In this document: piece by piece, positions 36,797 to 47,248 of the stretch
Layout of the letters: each line of letters begins with the position of its first letter
Numbering within the stretch: position 1 is the first letter of the stretch
DNA from: Bacteroidales bacterium
GTDB taxonomy: Bacteria; Bacteroidota; Bacteroidia; Bacteroidales; B18-G4
DNA: 50,097 bases
Direction: 5' to 3'
NCBI GenBank assembly: GCA_029942245.1
Contig: JAOZTN010000006.1
Coordinates: 1-50,097 of the forward strand
Translations under genes and position numbers: made by a program
The notes under the pieces: generated by a model
What the model was told of the DNA's origin: nothing
Database searches by the model: none
Seen by the model: only the letters and a program-made list of their open reading frames with translations

Positions 36797-38050
36797 TCAA
36801 TCTCTGAAAATAAGCTTGTCTTTACTGCCGAAGGATTTATAGGATGAGACAATCACCTTTTCTCCCGGGTCGAGCCCGCCTTTGACTTCATAGTAGCGTG
36901 TATTTTGTCTTCCTATGCTGATTTCTCTTTTTATAGCAAAGCTGCCGGAAGGATCGACAACATATATCCAGTTGCCTCCTGTTTCCTGGAAGAATCCGCC
37001 ACGTTTCACGATGATAGCATCGCTGGCGCTGCTGAATATCACCCTCAGCTGAACGGTCTGCCCACGCTTGATAGCTGCAGGGTGTTCACCATCAAAAAGG
37101 AGATCGACCTCAAAAGTGCCGCCGACTACATCTGTATAAATCTTTTTGATCTTTAATTTATATGTCTCTCTGTTGAAATCAAATTCAGCTTCCTGCCCTA
37201 CAAATACCCTGGATATATATCGTTCATCGATCCTGGCTTTCAACTTGTATCCATCCATCATATCGATCTGGGCAAGGTGTTCACCGGCTTGCTTGAGCTC
37301 ACCGATCTCAGCACTGAAAGATGAGAGCTTACCATCAGCAGGGGCCTTGATATTTAAACTCTCAACAGTTTTTCTGAGCAATTCAAGGTTGTTGCCCATC
37401 CTGCTCATGGATTGATTGATCTGAATGATCTGCGAATAGGCAAAGATAGAGTCCAGTTTCTGCAACTCCACGCTGAGTTCAAGCTGCCTTTCCAGTCCAA
37501 GAAAATTTCTTTCTGCGTCTTCCCATTCCTTAAGAGCGATCACATGGTTTTCATATAACTGCTTTTTCCTGTCATAGTCTTGCTCCGCCTGCTGCAACTG
37601 ATAACTGAGGGTAGCAATTTCCTTTTCCCTGATAAACTTACTCTGTTCTAATTGTATCTTGGTATTCTGAAGGTTGTTGATGGCATCCAGCATCCTGGTC
37701 TCCTGCTCCATGGTACTGAGCTCCATGTTGGCGTTCATAAGTTTCAGGATGGGTTCACCCTTTTTCAGGATGGCACCATCTTCTACCCAAACAGCTTCTA
37801 CAATACCTCCTGTCACGGCGTCGATATACACCGTATTTTTAGGGAAGACGATCCCATCGACAGGAATGAATTCCTGAAATTTCTCTTCCAGAACGGTGGC
37901 AATGCTAAGCTGATCCTGGTTTACATACAGCCTGCTTTGCTTATCTCTCAGGAAGAAGATATAAACAAGGAACATCAGAAAAACAAGGATCGCAAATATT
38001 GTCAAGATCCTTTTCAGTGTCCACTTCTTTTTTTCAATTGGTCGGTCCAT
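36797..38050 (-). CDS. Efflux periplasmic adaptor (MacA/HlyD-type membrane fusion protein)
   Basis: N-terminal TM, lipoyl-like half motifs, long coiled coil, IKAPADG, and IGRQN...GLDPGEKVI. Confidence 0.9.
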   Translation of the reverse strand: MDRPIEKKKWTLKRILTIFAILVFLMFLVYIFFLRDKQSRLYVNQDQLSIATVLEEKFQEFIPVDGIVFPKNTVYIDAVTGGIVEAVWVEDGAILKKGEPILKLMNANMELSTMEQETRMLDAINNLQNTKIQLEQSKFIREKEIATLSYQLQQAEQDYDRKKQLYENHVIALKEWEDAERNFLGLERQLELSVELQKLDSIFAYSQIIQINQSMSRMGNNLELLRKTVESLNIKAPADGKLSSFSAEIGELKQAGEHLAQIDMMDGYKLKARIDERYISRVFVGQEAEFDFNRETYKLKIKKIYTDVVGGTFEVDLLFDGEHPAAIKRGQTVQLRVIFSSASDAIIVKRGGFFQETGGNWIYVVDPSGSFAIKREISIGRQNTRYYEVKGGLDPGEKVIVSSYKSFGSKDKLIFRD

Positions 38051-38079
38051 TTTAATAAAATTTGGTTTAACATTTTTTA

Positions 38080-38094
38080 ACTAATTCTGTGCCA
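38080..38094 (-). promoter_or_regulatory. Candidate sigma-54 promoter for the adaptor/permease operon
   Basis: Minus strand TGGCACA-GAAT-TAGT has a good -24 and a weak -12 element. It lies ~30 bp before the ATG, next to an NtrC-type regulator. Confidence 0.5.
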
Positions 38095-38158
38095 CCTTTC
38101 GTAAGGAGTTGTCATACAGGGAGGTATCAGGGGCCTTCAAAGGCAATGTCCATGGATG

Positions 38159-38196
38159 TGTCCATATTCGTCCATATTTCTGTACAAATACGAACA
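38159..38196. promoter_or_regulatory. Candidate tandem enhancer sites for the NtrC-family regulator
   Basis: TGTCCATATTCGTCCA (38159-38174) and TGTACAAATACGAACA (38181-38196) are imperfect TGT-N10-(A/C)CA dyads whose starts are 22 bp apart. Confidence 0.45.
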
Positions 38197-38330
38197 TTAT
38201 TCCTAATTTTACACGTTATCACGCTCGCCGGGCTCTTGTCTGTTATAAGGATGCATTTATAATCAAGTAGTTATATTTTCTTGCACGATAATTGGTATTT
38301 AAGGGAGCCTGACAATAAAAACCATCGCAC

Positions 38331-39710
38331 ATGAGTAAAATGGAAGCAAAGATCCTCATCATCGACGACGACAGGGATGTCCTCCTGGCGGCAAAGTTGT
38401 TCCTGAAACAGCATCTCAGCATAGTACATACCGAAGAGAATCCGGAAAACATCCCGGACCTGATGCATAATGAAACCTATGATGTCATTTTGCTCGACAT
38501 GAACTTTTCCAGGGACGCCACCAGTGGCAAAGAAGGTTTTATGTGGCTGAACAAGATCCTTGAGATCGACCCGGCCACGGTAGTGATCCTGATCACCGGT
38601 TATGGCGATATTGAACTGGCTGTACAGGGGATCAAGGAAGGAGCCACAAATTTCCTGCTCAAGCCATGGGATAACAAGAAGCTCGTGGCTACCATTACCA
38701 CTTCTCTCCAACTCAGAAAATCCAAGGTGGAACTGGAATCCCTGCGGACCAAGCAAAAGGTAATGATCGCTGATCAGCACCGCTCACACAGGAACATTAT
38801 CGGTGATTCGCTGGAGATGCAAAAAGTGCTGGAAACCGTCAGGAAAGTAGCCGTGACTGAAGCCAATGTAATTATCCTTGGTGAGAACGGAACCGGAAAA
38901 GAACTTATAGCCAGGGCCATACATATGGCATCGGCAAAGAAAGACGAGGTTTTCATCAGTGTTGACCTGGGAGCCATCAGCGAATCACTCTTTGAAAGTG
39001 AATTGTTCGGATTTAAGAAAGGTGCTTTCACCGACGCCAAGGAAGACAGGGCGGGCCGTTTTGAAGCAGCTAATAAAGGCACTATCTTCCTTGATGAGAT
39101 CGGTAACCTGTCCATGTCATTGCAATCGAAACTACTGAGTGTGATTCAGAACAGGAATGTGGTCAGACTGGGTACCAATAAGGAGATCCCAATCGATGTA
39201 CGCCTGGTTTGTGCCACCAACATGCCACTTTACCAGATGGTAAACGAGAGCAAATTCAGGCAGGATCTGCTTTACAGGATCAATACCGTAGAGATCCATG
39301 TGCCTCCCCTGAGAGAGCGTCCGAGCGATATACCCCAGCTTGTGGAATACTTTCTGGAGATATATTCAAAGAAATATAAGGTGCCGTCAAAGCGCCTGAA
39401 TGCATCTACCCTGAAAAGACTTGAGAAGCATAACTGGCCCGGGAATATCCGGGAATTACAGCATTCCGTAGAACGTGCAGTGATCATGAGTGAATCAAGT
39501 ATCCTGCAACCTTCCGATTTCTTCCTGTCACCTGTTGAAGATTCTCAGTCAGAGACGATAAGCACTTCCAACATGAACCTGGAAGAAACAGAAAAGATGC
39601 TCATCCGCAAAGTGATCGATAAACATGGCGGAAACATCAGTAAGGCAGCAAAAGAACTTGGACTTACACGTGCTTCACTTTACAGAAGGATAGAGAAATA
39701 TGGTATTTAG
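38331..39710 (+). CDS. Sigma-54-dependent response regulator (NtrC family: REC-AAA+-Fis HTH)
   Basis: IIDDD/LLDMN receiver, GENGTGKE, ESELFG..GAFTDA, FLDEIG, WPGNIREL and C-terminal HTH. Confidence 0.95.
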   Translation: MSKMEAKILIIDDDRDVLLAAKLFLKQHLSIVHTEENPENIPDLMHNETYDVILLDMNFSRDATSGKEGFMWLNKILEIDPATVVILITGYGDIELAVQGIKEGATNFLLKPWDNKKLVATITTSLQLRKSKVELESLRTKQKVMIADQHRSHRNIIGDSLEMQKVLETVRKVAVTEANVIILGENGTGKELIARAIHMASAKKDEVFISVDLGAISESLFESELFGFKKGAFTDAKEDRAGRFEAANKGTIFLDEIGNLSMSLQSKLLSVIQNRNVVRLGTNKEIPIDVRLVCATNMPLYQMVNESKFRQDLLYRINTVEIHVPPLRERPSDIPQLVEYFLEIYSKKYKVPSKRLNASTLKRLEKHNWPGNIRELQHSVERAVIMSESSILQPSDFFLSPVEDSQSETISTSNMNLEETEKMLIRKVIDKHGGNISKAAKELGLTRASLYRRIEKYGI

Positions 39711-41055
39711 GCGTTTTCGCATACAGGTCATTTTCAGGTTGCTGCTTCTGGCAATCTCTTTCTTCCTCTTGTTCTACCTGTTGGATAAGACCAGGTATAA
39801 TATTACCGCAATAATCATTGTCGGGCTAATAATTTACCAGACCTTCATCCTTATCCGATATGTGGAGAGGACCAATCGCAAGCTTACACTCTTTCTCCAG
39901 GTCATCAGGTATTCCGATTTTTCCAGTACTTTTTCCGACCGCGGGCTCGGGAAAAGCTTCGAAGACCTCAACAGTGCTTTTATGGAAGTAATAGAGCAGT
40001 TCAAGAAGCACAGAGCAGAAAAGGAGGAACATTATAACTACCTGCATACGGTAGTGCAGCACATAAACATCGGGATTATTGCCTATAATAGTGCGGGAAA
40101 GGTGGATCTGTTCAACGCGGCCATGAAAAGGTTGCTGCGGACACGGAATATTAGATTCCTTTCCGACCTGGATGGAGTTAAGGAGGGCTTGTCAGACACA
40201 TTACAGAAGCTGAAGTCAGGCGAGCGCACACTCATCCGGCTTTTCATCAATGATGAGTTGCTGCAGATCTCCGCATATGCCACAGAGTTCAGGATGCGTG
40301 GTGAACATTATACCCTCGTCAGCCTCCAGGATATCAGCTCCGAGCTGGATGAAAAAGAGATTGAATCATGGCAAAAGTTGATACGGGTACTGACACATGA
40401 GATCACAAACTCCATTACACCCATCTCATCACTGGCCTCAACAGTGCGTGAAATGCTCCTTGATGAAGACCATGACCAGGTACTTCTGAAAGCACTCGAT
40501 GGAGAAGACCTGGAAGGCGTACAGAGAGCCATAGATACGATTCAAAAGAGAAGCCAGGGCTTGCTTAATTTCGTGGAGGTATACCGCAACCTGACACGTA
40601 TACCCAAGCCAAACTTCAGATATTTTAAGGTTCATGAGATCTTTGAACGTTCGGAGCACCTCCTCAAACCAAAAATGCAGGAGCTTGGTATCAGCTGCAG
40701 CAACAGGGTCTTCCCTCCGGATATGATGGTCACCGCCGATCCTGACCTTGTCGACCAGGTTATCATAAATATAATACTGAATGCCATGGATGCGGTAAAA
40801 GGAAAAGAAGATGGTGAGATCAGCGTGCTGGCCACCAAGAATAATAACAACCGTGTCGTAGTCGATATTAAAGATAATGGATCAGGGATAAAGCCCGATA
40901 TCATGGATAAGATATTCATGCCATTTTTTACATCCAAAAAGCATGGTTCAGGCATTGGCCTGAGCCTGTCGCGGCAGATCATGCACCTGCATAAAGGCAC
41001 GATCACTGTAAAATCAAATCCCGGCGAGGGAACCACCTTTACACTAACATTTTAA
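39700..41055 (+). CDS. Sensor histidine kinase (NtrY-like)
   Basis: Two N-terminal TMs, VLTHEITNS H-box, N-box NAMD, DNGSG, F-box PFFTSK and GSGIGL. Overlaps the regulator stop. Confidence 0.93.
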   Translation: MVFRRFRIQVIFRLLLLAISFFLLFYLLDKTRYNITAIIIVGLIIYQTFILIRYVERTNRKLTLFLQVIRYSDFSSTFSDRGLGKSFEDLNSAFMEVIEQFKKHRAEKEEHYNYLHTVVQHINIGIIAYNSAGKVDLFNAAMKRLLRTRNIRFLSDLDGVKEGLSDTLQKLKSGERTLIRLFINDELLQISAYATEFRMRGEHYTLVSLQDISSELDEKEIESWQKLIRVLTHEITNSITPISSLASTVREMLLDEDHDQVLLKALDGEDLEGVQRAIDTIQKRSQGLLNFVEVYRNLTRIPKPNFRYFKVHEIFERSEHLLKPKMQELGISCSNRVFPPDMMVTADPDLVDQVIINIILNAMDAVKGKEDGEISVLATKNNNNRVVVDIKDNGSGIKPDIMDKIFMPFFTSKKHGSGIGLSLSRQIMHLHKGTITVKSNPGEGTTFTLTF

Positions 41056-41057
41056 GC

Positions 41058-41657
41058 ATGTCGAAAGAAGCAAAAACCAATTTAAACGAGATCCTCCCAC
41101 TACTCAAAACGCGTTGGAGCCCCAGGGCATTTGAAGATAAAGCTGTCGAAGCTGAAAAGCTGAGAAATATTCTGGAGGCTGCCCGCTGGTCCCCTTCTGC
41201 TTCGAATATCCAGCCCTGGATATTTTTCCCAGGATTGAAAGGGGATGAGACGTATGAAAAAATTACCGCTACCCTGGTAGAGTTCAACCAGATGTGGACA
41301 AAATTTGCCCCGGTACTCATATTAAACTGCGGCAAGATCACGAATGATACCGGCGACCCCAATGGCAGCTGGCAATATGATATCGGGCAATCGGTGGCTC
41401 ACCTGAGCATTCAGGCTATGCAGGAAGGCCTTCAAGTGCACCAGATGTCAGGTTTCGACGCCCTGAAGGCTGCAGAGCTTTTTGCCTTGCCGGAAGATGT
41501 GCAGGCTGTATCGGTAATAGCCATCGGATACCTGGGCGATCCTTCCATGCTGCATCCACGCATGCAAAAACCTGAACTGGCCGAGCGCGAACGCAAGGAA
41601 ATGGATACCTTTGTCTTTTCCGGGATATATGGCCGGGCCTCAGAAATTGTTGAATAA
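41058..41657 (+). CDS. Nitroreductase family protein
   Basis: RWSPRAF, ARWSPSASNIQPW, HQMSGFD and IAIGY motifs. Confidence 0.9.
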   Translation: MSKEAKTNLNEILPLLKTRWSPRAFEDKAVEAEKLRNILEAARWSPSASNIQPWIFFPGLKGDETYEKITATLVEFNQMWTKFAPVLILNCGKITNDTGDPNGSWQYDIGQSVAHLSIQAMQEGLQVHQMSGFDALKAAELFALPEDVQAVSVIAIGYLGDPSMLHPRMQKPELAERERKEMDTFVFSGIYGRASEIVE

Positions 41658-41675
41658 GGAATAAATCAGAACTTT

Positions 41676-42674
41676 ATGAATGCAAGAATAAGCTTCTTGA
41701 TCATTGCGGTGGCGATGATAGCGTTTTCATGCGGAAACAGTAACATAGCCAATAATAAGGAACCCGATGAACCACAGAAATCATTGATCATACCAAAGTT
41801 TAATGCTGATTCTGCTTACGCCTATATCGAACAGCAGGTGAACTTCGGCCCCCGGGTACCGGGAACGGAAGCCCATGCTGCCTGTGCCTCCTGGCTTGAA
41901 ACTACCATGAAAAGATTTGCTGATACTGTAATCGTACAGTCATTTAAGGCCAGGGCATATAATGGCGAAGTGCTTAGAGGGAAGAATATCATCGCCTCAT
42001 ACAATGTAGAAAACAAGAAAAGAGTCCTGCTTTGTGCACACTGGGATTCACGTCCCTATGCCGATTATGATCCCGATGATTCTATGCACGATACGCCCAT
42101 CGATGGTGCTAATGATGGTGCCAGCGGTGTTGGTGTTTTGATAGAGACTGCCAGGCAGTTTGGTCTTCAGCATCCTGACATTGGTGTCGATATCGTGCTC
42201 TTCGACCTGGAAGATTACGGTCCTCCCCAGGATGCCCAATCTACTGCCACAGAAAACTGGGGACTGGGGTCACAGTATTGGTCAAAAGACCCGCATATAC
42301 CCGCCTACCGCGCACGCTATGGCATACTGCTCGATATGGTGGGAGTGAAAGATGCCACCTTCCTCATGGAGGGCTTCTCCATGATGTACGCCCCTGCCAG
42401 GGTAAAAAAAGTCTGGGGAATCGCCCAGGGCCTGGGCTATGATAGCTATTTCCCTGATGAATATGGCAGCTATATTACCGACGACCACTATTTTGTGAAT
42501 ACACTGGCAAATATCCCAACCATCAATATCATACATCTTGAACGTGGTGAAGATACCGGAAGCTTTTTCAAGCACTGGCATACGCTGAACGATAACATGG
42601 AGCATATCGATGTTAACACTCTGTATGTAGTAGGTACCGTTGTTTTAAATGTGGTATACCGCGAAAAAGGATAA
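41676..42674 (+). CDS. M28-fold lipoprotein, probable glutaminyl cyclase
   Basis: Lipobox AFSC; FGPRVPG, AHWDSR, GANDGASG, DLED, LLDMVG, DDH and WHT motifs. Confidence 0.8.
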   Translation: MNARISFLIIAVAMIAFSCGNSNIANNKEPDEPQKSLIIPKFNADSAYAYIEQQVNFGPRVPGTEAHAACASWLETTMKRFADTVIVQSFKARAYNGEVLRGKNIIASYNVENKKRVLLCAHWDSRPYADYDPDDSMHDTPIDGANDGASGVGVLIETARQFGLQHPDIGVDIVLFDLEDYGPPQDAQSTATENWGLGSQYWSKDPHIPAYRARYGILLDMVGVKDATFLMEGFSMMYAPARVKKVWGIAQGLGYDSYFPDEYGSYITDDHYFVNTLANIPTINIIHLERGEDTGSFFKHWHTLNDNMEHIDVNTLYVVGTVVLNVVYREKG

Positions 42675-42697
42675 TTTGCTCCCGGCCATTAAGCAAA

Positions 42698-44035
42698 TTA
42701 CAGCAACTCGTTGGCCAGGTTGGCCAGGTCGGAACGTTCCCCCTTCTCCAGTCTTACATGCGCATAGATCTCATGGTGCTTGATCTTATCGATCAGGTAC
42801 GAAAGCCCGTTACTCTGTGAGTCAAGGTATGGGGTATCGATCTGGTAGATATCACCGGTAAAGATGATCTTGGTATTCTCCCCTGCCCGGGTGATGATGG
42901 TCTTCACTTCGTGTGGTGTGAGGTTCTGTGCCTCATCAACGATAAAGCATACATTGGAAATACTGCGTCCGCGGATATAGGCCAGCGGTGTGATCACCAG
43001 TTTTTCCTGCTCCAGCGCATCACTGATCTTTTTGAACTCCCTGTCTTTTTCGTTGAACTGATTCTGGATAAACTTGAGGTTATCCCAGAGCGGTTCCATA
43101 TAAGGGTTTAGTTTTGAGGCAATGTCGCCCGGAAGGTAACCGATATCTTTATTGCTCAGGGGTACGATGGGCCTGGCCAGATAGATCTGCTTGAAGTTCT
43201 TTTTCTGCTCCAGCGCACCGGCCAGCGCCAGCAAGGTTTTCCCGGTACCGGCCACACCCTGTATGGTCACTAGCTTTACCTTGGGGTTGGAGATGGCATG
43301 AAGGGCAAACACCTGCTCCGCATTGCGTGGGGTGATCCTGTATGCGGGCGTTTTTTCTATCCGCTCTATCCTCTCCAGCACGGGATTGTAAAATACCAGG
43401 GCGGAGGTCCGGTCATTCTTCAGAATGAAGTAGTGGTTCGGGATAGGATTCTTGATGCCCACATCTTCAGGCATACAAAATCCATCGGCATAAATCCTGT
43501 CGATCACCTCCTTGGTCAATCCTTCTATAACCGTTCTCCCGACATACAATGATTCCAGGTCCTTGATCTTTCCCGTCTCAAAATCTTCTGCCGGGATGTT
43601 CAGGGATTTGGCTTTCAATCGAAGGTTGATATCCTTGGTGACCAGGGTTACTTTTTTCTCCGGATGCTCTTCACACAGCGAGAGGGCTGCATTCAGGATA
43701 CGATGATCGGCATTGTTTTCTCCAAAAACTATGGTGGCATCCAGCGAATCCGCTCTTTCCTGCATAACCACCTTGAAATAACCGGCCTTGGGACGGTCAA
43801 TAGGTATCCAGTTCTGCAGGGAATTGTTGGAGGATAATTTGTCCATGATGCGGATAAACTCCCGGGTCTCGAAATTCTTCGTCTCGTTCCCTTTCTTGAA
43901 GTGGTCAAGCTCTTCCAGCACTGTGATAGGAATAGCTACATCATTATCTTCGAAACTGTAAATGGCATTGTGGTTGTAAAGGATCACTGAAGTGTCGAGG
44001 ACAAAAATCTTTTTTTGCTTTTTCTTTCTTGGCAT
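42698..44035 (-). CDS. phoH: PIN-domain PhoH family ATPase (PhoH2 type; start revised to ATG 44035)
   Basis: N-terminal PIN (FVLDTSV, EELD, DHRIL, TKDINLR); GVAGTGKT, RGRS and DEAQN. Confidence 0.92.
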   Translation of the reverse strand: MPRKKKQKKIFVLDTSVILYNHNAIYSFEDNDVAIPITVLEELDHFKKGNETKNFETREFIRIMDKLSSNNSLQNWIPIDRPKAGYFKVVMQERADSLDATIVFGENNADHRILNAALSLCEEHPEKKVTLVTKDINLRLKAKSLNIPAEDFETGKIKDLESLYVGRTVIEGLTKEVIDRIYADGFCMPEDVGIKNPIPNHYFILKNDRTSALVFYNPVLERIERIEKTPAYRITPRNAEQVFALHAISNPKVKLVTIQGVAGTGKTLLALAGALEQKKNFKQIYLARPIVPLSNKDIGYLPGDIASKLNPYMEPLWDNLKFIQNQFNEKDREFKKISDALEQEKLVITPLAYIRGRSISNVCFIVDEAQNLTPHEVKTIITRAGENTKIIFTGDIYQIDTPYLDSQSNGLSYLIDKIKHHEIYAHVRLEKGERSDLANLANELL

Positions 44036-44139
44036 CGGAAGGGGGTTTATACTATAAAACAACAATATATTTTGCGAAAAATTACAAGGCCTCTTAAGAA
44101 CTTATTAAGTGAAGCCTGTTCATAAAAACCCTAAAATAT

Positions 44140-44147
44140 TACTTTTG
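44140..44147 (+). promoter_or_regulatory. Bacteroidota -7 element immediately before polA
   Basis: TACTTTTG 4 nt upstream of the ATG, implying a leaderless or near-leaderless mRNA. Confidence 0.5.
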
Positions 44148-44151
44148 TGCT

Positions 44152-46935
44152 ATGGCCAAACAAAAGAAACTATTCCTGCTCGATGCCATGGCATTGATCT
44201 ACAGGGCATACTTTGCACTCAACAAGAATCCAAGGATCAATTCCAGGGGTTTAAATACCTCCGCCATCCTGGGTTTTGCAAATACCTTGCTGGAGGTGCT
44301 TCGGAATGAGCAGCCCACCCATATCGGTGTTGCCTTCGATACCAAGGCACCAACAATCAGGGAGGAAAGTTATGCTGAATATAAAGCCAACCGGGAGCGC
44401 ATGCCGGAAGATATTTCACTTTCGATCCCATACATTGTTAAACTCATTGAAGCATTTAACATTCCAGTATTGAAGGCTGACGGCTACGAAGCTGATGATG
44501 TGATAGGTACCCTGGCTAAGAGGGCAGAACAGGAAGATTTCGAGGTGTTTATGATGACCCCTGATAAGGACTTTGGGCAGCTGGTGTCCGACAATATATA
44601 TATGTATAAGCCGGCCAGAATGGGAAAGAAGGCAGAAGTGCTGGGTCCGGATGAGATCTGTGAAAAATATAAGATCCGGGAGCCGGAACAATTCATTGAT
44701 ATCCTGGGTTTGTGGGGAGATGCATCCGACAATATTCCCGGGGTGCCGGGGGTGGGAGAGAAGACCGCATCTAAACTGATAGGGGAGTTTGGAAGCATAG
44801 AAAACCTTCTGCTGAATACCGATAAGCTGAAAGGCAAGCTCAAAGAGAATGTAGAGAACTTCTCGGATCAGGCCATCATGTCGAAGCAGCTGGCTACCAT
44901 TATCCTGGATGTGCCCGTTGCTTTTAATGAAGATGAGCTGAAGCATAGCGAACCCAACAGGGAAGCCCTGACAGAGCTCTTTGAGGAATTGGAATTCCGC
45001 ACTTTTGCACAGCGGATTTTTAAAGCTACAGAAGAAAAGAAAAGTGACGAGCTAACTGAAGACAAAGAAGATAAGGGTGACCTCTTCAGCAGTGCAGGTG
45101 TAGAAGTACCCCTGAAAAATTTGCAGGATGTTAATTCAGTATCCCATGATTATGCGCTGGCAGAAAACAGCAAGGAAAGGGCTAAGCTCATTCGGAAGCT
45201 GAAGGAAGCAGATTCATTCTGTTTCGATACTGAAACCACGGGGCTGAATGCCAACGATACTGAGCTGGTGGCGATGTCCTTTGCAGTAAAAAAAGGCGAA
45301 GCCTGGCTTGTACCGGTACCGGAAAATTACCAGGAAGCACTGGAACTGGTCTCAGAATTCAAAGAGCTTTTTGAGGATGATCAGATCGGTAAGATCGGAC
45401 AAAATCTGAAATTCGACATGTCGGTACTGAGATGGTATGATGTTGAGGTGAAGGGAAAACTTTTCGATACCATGATCGCCCACTATCTCATCGAGCCCGA
45501 CATGCGGCATAATATGGACCTCCTCGCTGAAACCTACCTGGATTATAGGACCATTCCCATACAAAACCTGATCGGCAAAAAGGGGAAGAACCAGTTGAGC
45601 ATGCGTACAGTTAGCCCGGCAATGATGAAAGACTATGCCTGCGAAGATGCCGACATCACCCTGCAACTCAAAGAGATATTCGACCCTCTGCTGAATGATG
45701 CAGGTACCATAAAACTGTTCAATGGCATTGAGATGCCACTGGTGCCGGTACTGGCTTCCATGGAAGCTGAAGGGGTTAAGCTGGAAACAGCAACACTTGC
45801 TGATTTTTCATCAGAACTGGAGCAGGGTATCACCAGGCTTGAAAAGGAGATCAAGGAACTGGCCGGGGCAGATTTCAACATTGCATCACCAAAGCAACTG
45901 GGTGAGATCCTCTTCGAAAAGCTGAAGGTAACCGATAAACCCAGGCTAACAAAAACTAAACAATATTCTACCGGTGAGGATGTACTGCTCAAGCTGGCCG
46001 ACAGGCATCCTATCATTGACAAGATCCTTGATTTTCGTTCACTCGCCAAGCTGAAATCGACCTACGTAGATGCACTCCCCAGGTTGATCAACCCTCGCGA
46101 TAACAGGATACATACTTCATATAACCAGGCTGTTGCGGCCACCGGAAGGCTAAGTTCCAACAATCCCAACCTTCAGAATATACCTATCAGGACTGAGATG
46201 GGGAGGGAGATCAGAAAAGCCTTTGTGCCCAGGAGCAAGGAATATACATTGCTCGCTGCCGACTATTCACAGATCGAGTTGAGAATCATTGCTGAACTCA
46301 GCAAAGATCAGGGCCTGATCGATACTTTCGTTAATGGATTGGATGTACACACAGCTACAGCGGCAAGGATATTTAGTGTAGACCTTGAAGATGTGACCAC
46401 CGACATGCGGCGAAGTGCCAAAACCGTTAATTTCGGCATTGTTTATGGGATCTCTGCCTTCGGACTTTCAGAAAGGCTGAACATTCCGCGAAAGGAGGCT
46501 GCCGACATAATTGCCCAGTACTTTGCTAAATATCCCGGGGTGAAATCATACATGGAACAAACGATAGATTTCGCCAGGAAGAATGGATATGTGGAAACCA
46601 TGATGGGCAGAAGGAGGTACCTGCGCGACATCAATTCATCCAATGCGACAGTGCGAGGTTATGCCGAGCGAAACGCCATTAATGCACCCGTACAGGGTTC
46701 TTCTGCTGATATGATAAAGATCGCCATGATCAGTATTCATGAAGTGATGCAGAAAGAAAAAATGAAATCGAAAATGATCCTTCAGGTGCATGATGAGCTG
46801 GTTTTCGATGCCTACGAAAAAGAGCTGGATATGCTCAGAGAATTGGTTGGCGATAAGATGCGATCAGCCATCCCAATGACGGTCCCGGTAGTTGTTGATA
46901 TGAATACTGGCAACAATTGGTTGCAGGCACACTAA
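44152..46935 (+). CDS. polA: DNA polymerase I
   Basis: 5'-3' exo (YKANR, EADD, GDASDNIPG), 3'-5' exo (FDTET), polymerase motifs DYSQIELR, AKTVNFGIVYG and QVHDEL. Confidence 0.97.
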   Translation: MAKQKKLFLLDAMALIYRAYFALNKNPRINSRGLNTSAILGFANTLLEVLRNEQPTHIGVAFDTKAPTIREESYAEYKANRERMPEDISLSIPYIVKLIEAFNIPVLKADGYEADDVIGTLAKRAEQEDFEVFMMTPDKDFGQLVSDNIYMYKPARMGKKAEVLGPDEICEKYKIREPEQFIDILGLWGDASDNIPGVPGVGEKTASKLIGEFGSIENLLLNTDKLKGKLKENVENFSDQAIMSKQLATIILDVPVAFNEDELKHSEPNREALTELFEELEFRTFAQRIFKATEEKKSDELTEDKEDKGDLFSSAGVEVPLKNLQDVNSVSHDYALAENSKERAKLIRKLKEADSFCFDTETTGLNANDTELVAMSFAVKKGEAWLVPVPENYQEALELVSEFKELFEDDQIGKIGQNLKFDMSVLRWYDVEVKGKLFDTMIAHYLIEPDMRHNMDLLAETYLDYRTIPIQNLIGKKGKNQLSMRTVSPAMMKDYACEDADITLQLKEIFDPLLNDAGTIKLFNGIEMPLVPVLASMEAEGVKLETATLADFSSELEQGITRLEKEIKELAGADFNIASPKQLGEILFEKLKVTDKPRLTKTKQYSTGEDVLLKLADRHPIIDKILDFRSLAKLKSTYVDALPRLINPRDNRIHTSYNQAVAATGRLSSNNPNLQNIPIRTEMGREIRKAFVPRSKEYTLLAADYSQIELRIIAELSKDQGLIDTFVNGLDVHTATAARIFSVDLEDVTTDMRRSAKTVNFGIVYGISAFGLSERLNIPRKEAADIIAQYFAKYPGVKSYMEQTIDFARKNGYVETMMGRRRYLRDINSSNATVRGYAERNAINAPVQGSSADMIKIAMISIHEVMQKEKMKSKMILQVHDELVFDAYEKELDMLRELVGDKMRSAIPMTVPVVVDMNTGNNWLQAH

Positions 46936-47248
46936 TATTGTTATCTTTGCAACGGCAGTGTATATGCTTAGTATTGATAATCAGCAACATAGAAAATATT
47001 TTCTTGCTTGCCAAAGATTGAATCAGGATTAAAAAATTATTAAAAATTTGTTAATAAATTAAAATCCTGAGCTTATAGCCTCAGCCCTCAAGCGTTTAGA
47101 ATTTTTCAACGACTTTCTGTTAATAAGTATTTGATTTGGCCCAAGTATTATAGCGTATATTAGTCAGGAAAATCTGCAGGCACTTCTTTAAATTCAAGCC
47201 GTTGAAAAATAGGGAAATGGAGATTTGAAAATTTTCAAAAATTAATTT

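Noticed and set aside
42698-44035. PIN-PhoH as a toxin-antitoxin or phage marker
   Set aside because: No adjacent antitoxin-like ORF or phage genes; it sits in a housekeeping context beside polA.
46936-47248. Cobalamin riboswitch or NrdR boxes upstream of nrdJ
   Set aside because: The region is AT-rich with only a loose inverted repeat (~47024-47069). No B12-box or convincing NrdR palindrome was recognised.
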